Shown here in pieces: positions 25,835 through 35,604 of a stretch of DNA of 35,604 nucleotides. The first letter of the stretch is position 1. The number at the start of each line of letters is the position of its first letter. The notes beneath the pieces were generated by a model that was given only the letters and a program-made list of their open reading frames with translations, searched no databases and was not told the origin of the DNA. The stretch comes from Stramenopiles sp. TOSAG23-2 (taxonomy: Eukaryota): contig LT649342.1 of NCBI GenBank assembly GCA_900128395.1, positions 1-35,604 of the forward strand, in the 5' to 3' direction. The translations under genes and the position numbers were made by a program.

Positions 25835-28345
25835 ATGAATATTATTTATGTATTGATGTTCTTGTGTATGTTTTTCGTAACAATCTTTTGTGCAGAATCA
25901 TCTACTGGTACGCTAAAAATAAATCAGCAACATTTACTAGCGCAAAAAGCTGTAAAGATTGGCCGTCTTTCATTTGCAAATACACATAATAGTCCGAAAG
26001 TTTCTGTTATTTTACCGGCGTATAATGTCGTTGGTCATGGAAGATTTGAAGGTGCTGTACATTCTATCTTGCAGCAAACATTTATTGATTTCGAGCTATT
26101 GCTTGTTGATGATGGTTCCAAGGATGATACAAAGTCGATAATTAAAAAATTCGAAGTAAAAGATAAAAGGATTGTTGGTGTATTTTTGAAGCAAAATGGT
26201 GGTTTACCAAACGCATTAAATGCCGGTTTAAATCGTTCGCGTGCAAGTTTAATAACATGGACATCAAGTGATAATTATTTAGAGCCTATGTTTCTTGAAT
26301 ATTTTTATCAAGCATCGATTGAATATCCCGAAAGCAATTTTTTTTTCTCCGATTGGAATATGGTTGACAAAAATGATAATTTCATACTTAGAAGTGCACA
26401 CGATTATCGTGCACCATACACATTATTTTTGCAATGGCAAGGTTGTGCTGCTTTTATGTGGCGTAAACGGGTGCGTAAGATTTTTGATGTAAATTTAGGA
26501 GGGGTGGAAGATCATGAAATGTGGATTAGAATCACAGAGGGGCAGCATGTCAATGTATGGATTCAAAATGCATTGTATAATTATACATTTAATCATGGCA
26601 GTTGGGAAGAATTAAGCTCCTCCGGAAAATTAAAAAACAAAGTAAATGAAATGGTTCTCAAAACTTACAATCGTCATACGCTACAAGAGTACGACGATAT
26701 AAGCACCATATTGGATCCATATCTCTTGTTTCCATCCATACGTTTCAATTATAATTTTAAACGCACACTTGCTACTTCATATTATCGACTTGGAACAGTG
26801 ATAAGCACTGATTTTCCAGGTCCTGATGGTGGTGTAAGGGTTGCATTGAGGCAATTACTACCACATTGCTATGGCAACTCAATAAAATTATGGCCTGAAA
26901 TGTACGAAAGTCGTTTTAATAAAATTCTTGTTCATTTAGCAAATGGAGAATGGGGTATTGCTCTTCAAGAATTTCATGTAATGAAGAAAATGATTGATGG
27001 GAATAGTAAAACAATGTTACCACGCAAATTGTTGGCGAAAATAGAAATATTGCAAAGAAAATTTGACAAACGGGCGTCTAATCAAATTGATGATCATCCA
27101 ACAACAATACTCTATGAAGATGACAATATGATATTTGAGGAAACTTCATATCGTCGAGAGAGGACACTTTTGATGGCATATGGAATGCGTTTTCTACAAA
27201 ATATGAATGGGTTGAGTTACAATATCAAAGCATTCAACATGAAACGACCATATCGTTTAGCCGTTATTCCGTCTGATCCTTTGGAAGCGTATGAAGCAGG
27301 TGGGTATGCAAATTGGCTAGAAGATTATTATAATCCATTGCATTTTTTTGATGAAGTGTTCTTACTGTCCCCACTAGAAGTGAAGGAAAGAATTGAGTAT
27401 GGAATGTATATTATCCCGACACAACCAAATGAATTATCAAGCCGAATAAAGGAATTAAACATACATCTTGTGCGGGCATATGGTGGTTACTGGCCTTGTG
27501 ACATGGCAACTTTTGGAAAGGTGCCAGGCGTACCAGTAATTGTTAGTGTTCATGATACCAATATGGATGTTTTACATGATAGTATTGCCGATGCTGACTT
27601 TGTACTACCAGTCAGTCGAGCAGTTGCAGATTTAGTGAAATTTAAATTGTTGCAAAAAAATGTTGATGAAAATATTATTGTATCGAAAATCTACATGTTT
27701 TCAAATCGCGTGGATGAGAAAGTCTTTCATCCAAACATAATAAATCATCATGATTATGATAACAAAGTAATGTCCCTGCGACAACAATATCCAGGAAAAT
27801 ATCGAATATTGTTTATTGGAAGAAGAAAAGAGCAAAAAAATTGGGATACTTTAATTAAATCATTAGCTATATTAGGAAATGATTATGTATTAATCATGAT
27901 AGGTAGAGGTGAAAAAGAACCAATTATCCAATTGGCGACGGAATTAAATGTTTTGTCACAAATTTATTTGATTGATAGTATCGAAAACTCCGATATTCCA
28001 TATTATCAATCAATAGCAGATGTATTTGCAACAGTATCGCGATGGGAAGGATTTGGTATTGTATTTATTGAAGCATTAGCAACAGGTAGATCCGTAGTTG
28101 TTACATCAGATATTGCTCCAATGAATGAGTATATAACACATGGCTTCAACGGTTTACTTGTAAAAGAGTACGAAAATCCAAAAGAAGTAGCGAAATTTTT
28201 AATATCGGCTATTCATAACAAGACTGTTCGCTCTCATATTTTAGCTAATGCCCCTTACTCTGTTGATGAGTTTTTGAAAAGCAATGTTGATAGATGGGAA
28301 GTACAATTATATCGAATTTTTTTACAATCATTTAATAAGGCTTAG
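25835..28345 (+). CDS. Signal-anchored bifunctional glycosyltransferase (N-terminal GT2/GT-A + C-terminal GT4/GT-B)
   Basis: Hydrophobic N-terminus. GT2: VSVILPAYN, QTFIDFELLLVDDGSKD, NGGLPNALNAGL, TWTSSDN, EDHEMW. GT4: ILFIGR..EQKN, SRWEGFGIVFIEALATG (E-x7-E), VVTSDIAPMNE. Confidence 0.9.
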   Translation: MNIIYVLMFLCMFFVTIFCAESSTGTLKINQQHLLAQKAVKIGRLSFANTHNSPKVSVILPAYNVVGHGRFEGAVHSILQQTFIDFELLLVDDGSKDDTKSIIKKFEVKDKRIVGVFLKQNGGLPNALNAGLNRSRASLITWTSSDNYLEPMFLEYFYQASIEYPESNFFFSDWNMVDKNDNFILRSAHDYRAPYTLFLQWQGCAAFMWRKRVRKIFDVNLGGVEDHEMWIRITEGQHVNVWIQNALYNYTFNHGSWEELSSSGKLKNKVNEMVLKTYNRHTLQEYDDISTILDPYLLFPSIRFNYNFKRTLATSYYRLGTVISTDFPGPDGGVRVALRQLLPHCYGNSIKLWPEMYESRFNKILVHLANGEWGIALQEFHVMKKMIDGNSKTMLPRKLLAKIEILQRKFDKRASNQIDDHPTTILYEDDNMIFEETSYRRERTLLMAYGMRFLQNMNGLSYNIKAFNMKRPYRLAVIPSDPLEAYEAGGYANWLEDYYNPLHFFDEVFLLSPLEVKERIEYGMYIIPTQPNELSSRIKELNIHLVRAYGGYWPCDMATFGKVPGVPVIVSVHDTNMDVLHDSIADADFVLPVSRAVADLVKFKLLQKNVDENIIVSKIYMFSNRVDEKVFHPNIINHHDYDNKVMSLRQQYPGKYRILFIGRRKEQKNWDTLIKSLAILGNDYVLIMIGRGEKEPIIQLATELNVLSQIYLIDSIENSDIPYYQSIADVFATVSRWEGFGIVFIEALATGRSVVVTSDIAPMNEYITHGFNGLLVKEYENPKEVAKFLISAIHNKTVRSHILANAPYSVDEFLKSNVDRWEVQLYRIFLQSFNKA

Positions 28346-28541
28346 AGAAGTTGTTTTTTTATAAAGTTTTTTACATACAAGCGGTACTTTAAAAAAATAC
28401 CGGGGTCCGTAAAAATATTTTTATACGAGTACATCATATATGTACATACACGAAAATATTTAAAAAGGTACACGACGTAATGATCTATATTATATATATT
28501 TAAATAATATTTGATAATAATTTACGCATATATTAATAATC

Positions 28542-29336
28542 CTACTTCCAGGTTACAAATTTAGGTTCATTTTTTAATTGTTCTGCTGATTTTCTCCATG
28601 GTAATGTATTCATATGTGTTACTTCTCGATCTTTTACTAATTGCGTTAACGACTTGTGAAATGTTGCGCCTATTGGCACCATAGCTGGTGTAGGATTAAC
28701 AACATAATCTACGCATTTGGTAATTTCAGTTGCGTGTCTGCGTGCACTAAGTGGCTGGAATCCTGGTCCATCGGCGCGTCTAATAGAAGTACATGCAAAT
28801 TGTAAATCTGGGATTGTAGTAATAATAGTTTTTTTTCTTCCATACTTTGGTTCTTGTAACCATGACGATTCTGTCCTATGTGTAGCAGGTGGAGATTTGG
28901 TTGTGCCGTTTTGAAATTGATATGGAGTATAGTTCATTGTAGGTACAGCAGTGACATAAGAACGAGATTTCTTTCGTTCTGTATTAATAGGAGTTATCGG
29001 CAAGCCTTCAATTGTTGCTTTACCTATATTAGACAACCTAGAAGAGGAAGATCTTGAAGAGCCTATTGATGATGAGGCAACAGATAAATCTGAAGCAGGT
29101 GGTGTGTTGTCGTTCATTTTTATTCCTTGATATGCCAAAGGATGAGTGTTTTTCCAATCAGCTGCTTTTTGATCTCTCTGCTTTCTATGAATCCTTGCCC
29201 GGAGATATTTTGCATCATATTTAGATTTAGCAACAGCAGTCTTTTCTGCATTTAATGCATTTTCTAACTTTTCCAAGCGAAGTAAAATAATTTTTCTCTC
29301 GTCTATTGAAGATTTTCTTCTTACAGTTGCATCCAT
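28542..29336 (-). CDS. Hypothetical protein (N-terminal coiled coil, S/T/P-rich low-complexity remainder)
   Basis: 264-aa ORF with higher GC than its flanks; no family recognised. Confidence 0.65.
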   Translation of the reverse strand: MDATVRRKSSIDERKIILLRLEKLENALNAEKTAVAKSKYDAKYLRARIHRKQRDQKAADWKNTHPLAYQGIKMNDNTPPASDLSVASSSIGSSRSSSSRLSNIGKATIEGLPITPINTERKKSRSYVTAVPTMNYTPYQFQNGTTKSPPATHRTESSWLQEPKYGRKKTIITTIPDLQFACTSIRRADGPGFQPLSARRHATEITKCVDYVVNPTPAMVPIGATFHKSLTQLVKDREVTHMNTLPWRKSAEQLKNEPKFVTWK

Positions 29337-29773
29337 ATTGGTTTACAGAAATTAATTATTTACAATGAAGGAAATATATAAAGTTGAAACACTGCAATTG
29401 TTTAATATCTTAATTGTTATATATATATTTAGTATTATACTATATATTCAATAATTGACGTGGTATAACAATAGTAATTGACTAATAATATATTCAACTC
29501 CAACCTCCAACATTGTTTTATTATTGTTTTAATGTTTGCGAGTGATAGGCAGGATAGGTTTATATTACCTATTAGTTATATAGAAAAATAAAAAGAAAAC
29601 AAAAAAGACTGTGGCCTGTGCACAGTACGAAAAAAGGCTGAGTTGCTTCGTAACTCGTAACAGTATTCTTTAATTTTCATTTCTTCTGATTTAATATACT
29701 AAGAAGTACATTTTTGATAGGGGAAACAAAGTTTTTACAAAAAATACAAATATTTTATTTTATACATCATTTT

Positions 29774-32700
29774 TTACATTAACATGTTATTTTTTGCCGG
29801 AAACCATGGTGGATTGTTCGGCGATGTTACTCGTTGTGCAACTGGAGATATACCATTTCTTAATTGTACTGAACTTTTTGATTTGTGTATAAATTTTTTG
29901 AACCCTGAAGTTTCAACACTACCAATGAATAAACTAGCGTTTCCTTCATCGTAAGCTTCTCCATCGATAATTTTTGCTTTCGACATCGAGTTGTCAAATT
30001 GACTCTTTCTTGGTGCGGAGGAGCCAAATGGAGACTTTTTTGGTGTCGTTTTATTTTTCTTCCTTGGCTTCTGTTTTGGTTCATCCATCTTCAATTGTGG
30101 ATAACCATGTCCAGATATTAGAGGCAATTTATCTTTTACGTGTCTCATATCCAAACGAACCTTAATTTCTTCTCTAACTTTGAATATTTCTTCCAAAACT
30201 TGATTTGATGGCATTTCACCAATAATATTTTCAGCAGCCAGTTGAACTCTCTCAAGAGCTGATAAAGCAAACAGTAAATTTCTCTGCCTTTGTTGCTCGA
30301 TATTACTTGATTCTGCTTCTAATCTTCCGTTCATAATTTCTAGTTTGGATTGATGATGCATTAACGCCTTCATTTCCTTATTTTCAGGATCTTCGTTACC
30401 AATTTTTTCTAATTTACGAGTTACGCGTCCTAGTATCAATCCATTCTTCATAGTGTGCAATGTATTGGCAACTATCTTTTGCTTAAAGTGTTTATCTGCT
30501 CTCATGCGCTTTTCTGTATGTTCTAATTCACCATAACCATGTGTTTGTTGATATTGAGATTCTAACTCTTCCTTCAAAAGTGCCATTTCTCTATTTTTTT
30601 CAGCCAATTTGTGTCTCATTTGATATACCACGCCCATGTTCTTCGGCTCAATTTTACCTAAGGCACCTGGTTGTGAACGGCCACCGCCTCCAATGCGTGC
30701 TACACGTAGACTTCCTCTCAAGTTTTTAGATGGGCCAGAATTAGCAGCTTCACCGCCACCTCCTCCACCAAATTCAAGCTTCAAAAGCCCTTGCAAGCAT
30801 TGTGTTCCTTTTTCTAAGATTACGATAACGTCTTTTGAACGTATAGCCCTTTTCGTAAATTGTTCTAAAATATCTGGCAAGTCTTGGTCTTGGGGATATG
30901 TTTGAGCGTAAACACTTTTTACTACTTTTAATATTTTTGCGGAAAGATTCTTCGGTTTTTTGTCTATCGCACTACGTGAAAGATATCTGATTGCTCCTTC
31001 AAGTTCCTGCAATAAAGTTGCAGCTTGATACCTTTCAGCTCGCAGATCTGCTAATACTTCATCGATATTATTGGCTTTTAACAGCTCCAGCTCCTGCATT
31101 ACCTCGGCTAACTGTTTTGTTAATGTCTCTACTTGAACGTTAAAGTTTTCTATTGCTTTTTCTAATCCTTGCTTGGCCGTTTGTAGATTTTTAAATTTAG
31201 CTTGCAATGCCCGGTGCTCTAGTTGCAGTGGTGTAGGCTTTTTGGATTCCTCGTCTTCAAAGTCGAATCTGGTTTGATGAATTTCCTGCTTTTTCTTTAA
31301 AATTTCTACTTCCAGTGTTACCATTTGTTCCATTAAATCCTTCTTATCTTGCATTCTTGCGTCGTCTACTTCTTCTAACATTGCATCTTCTAAATTAAGT
31401 GCTGCTAATGTCATTTCAAGTTGGAGATGTTGGTTAATTTTTTTGCTGAACAATTTTAAAGTGCTTTCATCATCCTCTTTTCCGATTTCTCTCAATGACG
31501 ATAAAGTTAAAGTTTTCAATTTGATGCTTTTAATATCCGCAATTAAACCATTTAACTTCTGTTTCATTTTAACTTGTTCAACATCATCTGTTTCAAATTC
31601 AACTTGCCACATTAATTGCCTCATATCGCTTCTTAACACCAACATTTCAGGAAATGAATTGTCTTTAATAATTGACAAATCAATAGCTGGACCCAAAATG
31701 TTGAAAAGAATGCTTGATTTCTTTTCCAAATCGTGTACTACTTTCACTAAAGCATTTCGATTATAAACTTTTCCATGAGTACCAGCGTGTACCTTCAATT
31801 TCTCACATATATTTGCATAAGATGATAAAGTCTCATACGTTACTCTTAATTCACTTAATAAGCTTTTTGCAGCTGTATCTCGCCGTACCACCGCACTTTC
31901 TAATAGCTCAATTTGCTTCAATAGTTTACCAGTTTTTCTAAATATTGCTGCGTTACGTTCCTTTTTTCTCTCCTCAGATGTTTTGATTCTTTCAGTATGA
32001 TTTGCTTCTACAAATCTTGCTCTTCCCCCAAGTTTGTTTTTCAATAACATAGCGTCTGCTTCATCTTTTTCCCCAACGTTTAAATACATATTGTTTTCTA
32101 TGCTATTCGATTCATTAACAAGCTGAATATGTTCTAGGTGAGCATCTCCAAGCCCTTTAGTGAAATCTGACCGAAGACTCTGAATCTTTGCAACAGCACT
32201 ATTTAATTGCTCATTTAATTGTTCCACATTAGCAGATGCAGCAAACGTATCATCAACACTGGCAAGCTTGAGTTGTCTTAAATTTTGTTTTTGTTTCAAG
32301 TGAGATTCCAAGAAAGCGTCAAACTTTTGTTTATCTATCTTTGAAATTGATAAATCAACAGCATCTCCTAGTAAAGAGTGAATAAACTTTACACTTCGAT
32401 CATTAAAAATTGATTCTATCAACTGATCTGCATTGTTTCGCTCGTCATCCCATTCTGTTTCTAAGTAATTTAATGCCTGCCCTAATAATACCGATGAGCT
32501 GTAAACTTGTTGGAGTAAATCGTCAACTTCTACATACGCATCTTCTCTGTCGTTACGCAAAGTATCAATTAAACGATTTGTTCTAAATACTTTATCCTTT
32601 CTATCTGCATCTCGTTTCTCAGTACGACCATCCGCGCGTTGCTTTTTCCACTCGTGTATGTCGTCACTAAATGTCATGGCAGATTGCATGTTATCAATCT

Positions 32701-35077
32701 CTGATTCATCGATTTCTGCTTCGAGTGCTATCGATTTTGCACTTTCTAATAATTTTGTCGTTGCTGCATCTAAATCAATTCTTAAGACTTGAGATGATTG
32801 TGGGCATGCAATTAAACCGTCTTCCACCGCTGTAGTGTTTTCTATTTGTTCAATAACTTTTATCTGTTTTCGCAGTTTATCACATGTAACAATAGAATCT
32901 GCATACGCTTCAACATCACTAACATGTGCAGTTGTCATATCAGTAGCAATATTTAAAATGTCAAAAACAGTTTCCGATCCATCAAGTTTTGCTGAATCTA
33001 ATATTTCTTTTTCGTTAGGATCAATAAATCCCATTTCAATGTAATGTTTCAATTTATCAGCTCTGAAATGTTCCAATACAACACCTTTTAAATTATCGCT
33101 ACCGCTATTTTTTGAGGTTTCTAAAGCAATTTCTATAAGATTTTCAATAGTTGGGACCAATTGATCATCAATTTTAGCATTCAACTTTTCAATGTCTTCT
33201 TCTTGTTTGTCAATAGTTTCTTGCAATAAAGCCACTTCCTTGGCATGCCTTTCCGCAATTTCTTCAAGTTCTTTTTCCAAGCGTGCTACCTCTGCCTCAG
33301 CTGCTTCTGTAAGTTCAACTTGCTCAGCTAATAATCTTTCTCCTCTTTCTCTTTCCTCTGCAACTTTACGAACCATCTCTTCTTGCACTTCGACAATTTT
33401 TTGTTCTAATTCTAATATAACTGCTTGTAACCTTTCTATTTCATCCTCGGCTTTTTTTGCTCGTTCCAAATTTTTTGCAGCAACTCGTTTAGCGTCTTCT
33501 ATATCTTTTTTGGCATTAACAAGCGATTTCTCAAGTTTTTCCCGCTCCGCAGCAGCCTCTTCTTGAAATTTTTCGAGCCTTTGTTGCGCTTCAAATTGTT
33601 GTTGTGCCAACTCATTTTTCATTACAAACAATGCATCATCTGCTTCTTGTTGCAATGCTTTTACTCGTTCATACTCCTCTGGTTCTATTCTCGGCTTTGC
33701 AACTTCTTGTCTAAGCTCTATTAGTTCTAAGTTTTGGTCGTCTATTGTATGCTCTAGCTTGGAAATTTTATCTTGTAAGGAATGTATTTCGTCTCTAAGT
33801 TTCTTTTCCTTAATTTCTGCTACTTTTGCACCTTTTCTATTTGCTGAAGTTGCAATAAATTGTTCTTGTTCAAACTTTGCGCGTTCTTCGAGTTCTTTTT
33901 CTCTTGCACGAGAAGATTCTCGTATCAGCTGCTCTTCTAGTCTAGTTATTTTACGATTCATTAGCAGCTCTTTTTCTGCCGAGTTTGCTTTATATTTTGC
34001 AAAATCTGCCAATGTTTTTTCTCTATTTGTCTGCGCAATTCGTACGCTGGCCATATCTTCCTGCCTTTTTTTCGTCAAATCAGCAACTTCCGCTTGTAAA
34101 CGTTTTAATTGATCCAGTGTTTCGCTAAAGTCATCCTCGTCATCCTCTTCTTCTATTGTGCCATCTTCCGATTCTTCATCTGGTTTCGCACTATCTGCAT
34201 TACCACCTGTATTTGGTGATACATACTTTCCATCTGCATCTATTGAAACATCTCCATCTCCATCTTCTCCTAATCTTCTTGTACTTGCAGATGTAGTTTC
34301 TTCTGGTTGACCACTATTTGATTTTGTTGAGGATTCTGGTGTATTTGGCTTGGATGGAAGCTTTAAAGGAGTCTCGTCAACTTCTTCCCCTAAAATGTTC
34401 TCGGCAGCGCCGACTTTAGCAGCTCTATGATGATGCAGCGCGGACATTAATAATAATCTACGTTTATCCTTTTTATGTTTTCTAACTTGTGCACGATGTT
34501 CTGCCGCATGGCGTATTGCTTTTTTCACCTCTTTCTTTGCTGCAACTTTTACATCTTTAAACAATGAATGCATTCGTCGCTTGGATTCTCCTGCAACGTA
34601 CATATATTCCTTTTTTATACGATCTGAAGTTTCTAAAAGATCAGCTGTATCTTTGGATTCATCTTCTGCTTCTATAAATTCTCCTTCCATGATTTCCATA
34701 TCTGCCACATTTTCCCCAAACCATTTCGTAACATCTTCCAATTGCTCTTCTTGCTCCTCTTGAACCCTATTTACTTCTACTAATAAAAATTTACTATCTT
34801 TAAATGCTTCTTGTCCTCTTTGATACGAGTCACCGATTCTACCATCTTTTAAATAATGTCTATCCTTCTTACAAAATTTATCAAATTCTTCAAGTGTCGC
34901 ACTTACTCTTTTTTTTGATTCTTTTGCAGAGTCGTGTAAACTTAACTTTTTATCTATTGTCTTTGAATCCACTGGAATTTCAGGCGGTTTATCATTTTTT
35001 CTTCGTTTCTTTTTTACATATGTATTTTTTAGTTTTTTACGTTCCTTCTCTGGTCTTTTAACTCGTCTACGAGACAT
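29774..35077 (-). CDS. Giant coiled-coil protein with a basic N-terminus and degenerate internal repeats
   Basis: 1767-aa uninterrupted ORF with long E/K/A/Q heptad runs, a K/R-rich N-terminus and an acidic disordered insert. Confidence 0.8.
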   Translation of the reverse strand: MSRRRVKRPEKERKKLKNTYVKKKRRKNDKPPEIPVDSKTIDKKLSLHDSAKESKKRVSATLEEFDKFCKKDRHYLKDGRIGDSYQRGQEAFKDSKFLLVEVNRVQEEQEEQLEDVTKWFGENVADMEIMEGEFIEAEDESKDTADLLETSDRIKKEYMYVAGESKRRMHSLFKDVKVAAKKEVKKAIRHAAEHRAQVRKHKKDKRRLLLMSALHHHRAAKVGAAENILGEEVDETPLKLPSKPNTPESSTKSNSGQPEETTSASTRRLGEDGDGDVSIDADGKYVSPNTGGNADSAKPDEESEDGTIEEEDDEDDFSETLDQLKRLQAEVADLTKKRQEDMASVRIAQTNREKTLADFAKYKANSAEKELLMNRKITRLEEQLIRESSRAREKELEERAKFEQEQFIATSANRKGAKVAEIKEKKLRDEIHSLQDKISKLEHTIDDQNLELIELRQEVAKPRIEPEEYERVKALQQEADDALFVMKNELAQQQFEAQQRLEKFQEEAAAEREKLEKSLVNAKKDIEDAKRVAAKNLERAKKAEDEIERLQAVILELEQKIVEVQEEMVRKVAEERERGERLLAEQVELTEAAEAEVARLEKELEEIAERHAKEVALLQETIDKQEEDIEKLNAKIDDQLVPTIENLIEIALETSKNSGSDNLKGVVLEHFRADKLKHYIEMGFIDPNEKEILDSAKLDGSETVFDILNIATDMTTAHVSDVEAYADSIVTCDKLRKQIKVIEQIENTTAVEDGLIACPQSSQVLRIDLDAATTKLLESAKSIALEAEIDESEIDNMQSAMTFSDDIHEWKKQRADGRTEKRDADRKDKVFRTNRLIDTLRNDREDAYVEVDDLLQQVYSSSVLLGQALNYLETEWDDERNNADQLIESIFNDRSVKFIHSLLGDAVDLSISKIDKQKFDAFLESHLKQKQNLRQLKLASVDDTFAASANVEQLNEQLNSAVAKIQSLRSDFTKGLGDAHLEHIQLVNESNSIENNMYLNVGEKDEADAMLLKNKLGGRARFVEANHTERIKTSEERKKERNAAIFRKTGKLLKQIELLESAVVRRDTAAKSLLSELRVTYETLSSYANICEKLKVHAGTHGKVYNRNALVKVVHDLEKKSSILFNILGPAIDLSIIKDNSFPEMLVLRSDMRQLMWQVEFETDDVEQVKMKQKLNGLIADIKSIKLKTLTLSSLREIGKEDDESTLKLFSKKINQHLQLEMTLAALNLEDAMLEEVDDARMQDKKDLMEQMVTLEVEILKKKQEIHQTRFDFEDEESKKPTPLQLEHRALQAKFKNLQTAKQGLEKAIENFNVQVETLTKQLAEVMQELELLKANNIDEVLADLRAERYQAATLLQELEGAIRYLSRSAIDKKPKNLSAKILKVVKSVYAQTYPQDQDLPDILEQFTKRAIRSKDVIVILEKGTQCLQGLLKLEFGGGGGGEAANSGPSKNLRGSLRVARIGGGGRSQPGALGKIEPKNMGVVYQMRHKLAEKNREMALLKEELESQYQQTHGYGELEHTEKRMRADKHFKQKIVANTLHTMKNGLILGRVTRKLEKIGNEDPENKEMKALMHHQSKLEIMNGRLEAESSNIEQQRQRNLLFALSALERVQLAAENIIGEMPSNQVLEEIFKVREEIKVRLDMRHVKDKLPLISGHGYPQLKMDEPKQKPRKKNKTTPKKSPFGSSAPRKSQFDNSMSKAKIIDGEAYDEGNASLFIGSVETSGFKKFIHKSKSSVQLRNGISPVAQRVTSPNNPPWFPAKNNMLM

Positions 35078-35604
35078 TCTTTCTTCGATGAATTAATTAT
35101 TATATACAACAAAATTTCGTTTCTTGACATGTGAACAAACTGGGTTTTTTTGTGTATAGACTATTTTATATATTTTAATTTATTAGTCTGTCTGTCTACT
35201 ATTAATAATATTAATATCAATACAAGATTTAATAAAGTAAACTTTAATTACTTTTTAACCGATCTTTTTGATGCCATTTTTTTAATAATGCTAGAATAAA
35301 ATTTGTTGACTGTTTTGCTCTTTTCTTGATTGTGATTTCCAAAATTACATCAAAATACCCGTGAAATTATTTTTTCCCGATAGTATTTAGCTGCTAAAAC
35401 TTGAAATTTATTGGCAGTCTGGCAGTGCATTCCAGGCATTCCAGCATTGAATATAAACAATAAACAACTAGACGTTATCTGGTTATTCCACTACACTTAA
35501 AATGTATTTATGTAAGTATATACATATGAGTGTGTATGTAGATACATATATATATATATATACATATATTTCTATAATAACATAATAACAATAATACAAT
35601 AGTG

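Noticed and set aside
29774-35077. Myosin, SMC or kinesin identity for the giant coiled-coil protein
   Set aside because: No P-loop, motor or hinge motifs; the similarity would be generic coiled coil only.
1-35604. Giant-virus origin, suggested by intronless AT-rich genes, 3' hairpins and a tandem-kinase receptor
   Set aside because: No NCLDV core genes; ECM29, MTFP1, a USP9/24/34-like enzyme and TMEM64 are cellular genes, and the microsatellite-rich spacers look nuclear.

Overview
Gene-dense, AT-rich eukaryotic nuclear DNA, probably from a compact protist genome (lineage cannot be determined from this window). About 12 apparently intronless genes in the standard code are separated by short TA-rich spacers. 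Housekeeping genes: ECM29 (5'-truncated by the window), MTFP1/MTP18, a USP9/24/34-type deubiquitinase with an N-terminal NZF finger, and a TVP38/TMEM64 protein. Other genes: a FAD-dependent oxidoreductase, a double-hotdog thioesterase, a signal-anchored GT2+GT4 fusion, a PA-domain protein with a split DUF6263-like scaffold, two coiled-coil proteins and one hypothetical. The standout is a ~1770-aa single-pass receptor kinase. Its ectodomain is an apparently dead 5'-nucleotidase (CD73/UshA fold, nucleotide-binding residues kept) plus a Venus-flytrap domain, and its cytoplasmic part is a non-RD TKL kinase followed by a pseudokinase. This makes it a candidate extracellular-nucleotide sensor. Non-coding signals include a Helitron-like 3' end inside a segment bounded by a 12-bp direct repeat, a hairpin-forming 85-bp tandem duplication, TACGA/TCGTA palindromes concentrated downstream of genes, and a recurring CTGGCAAT motif upstream of genes. 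All family calls come from motif recognition by eye; no searches were run.
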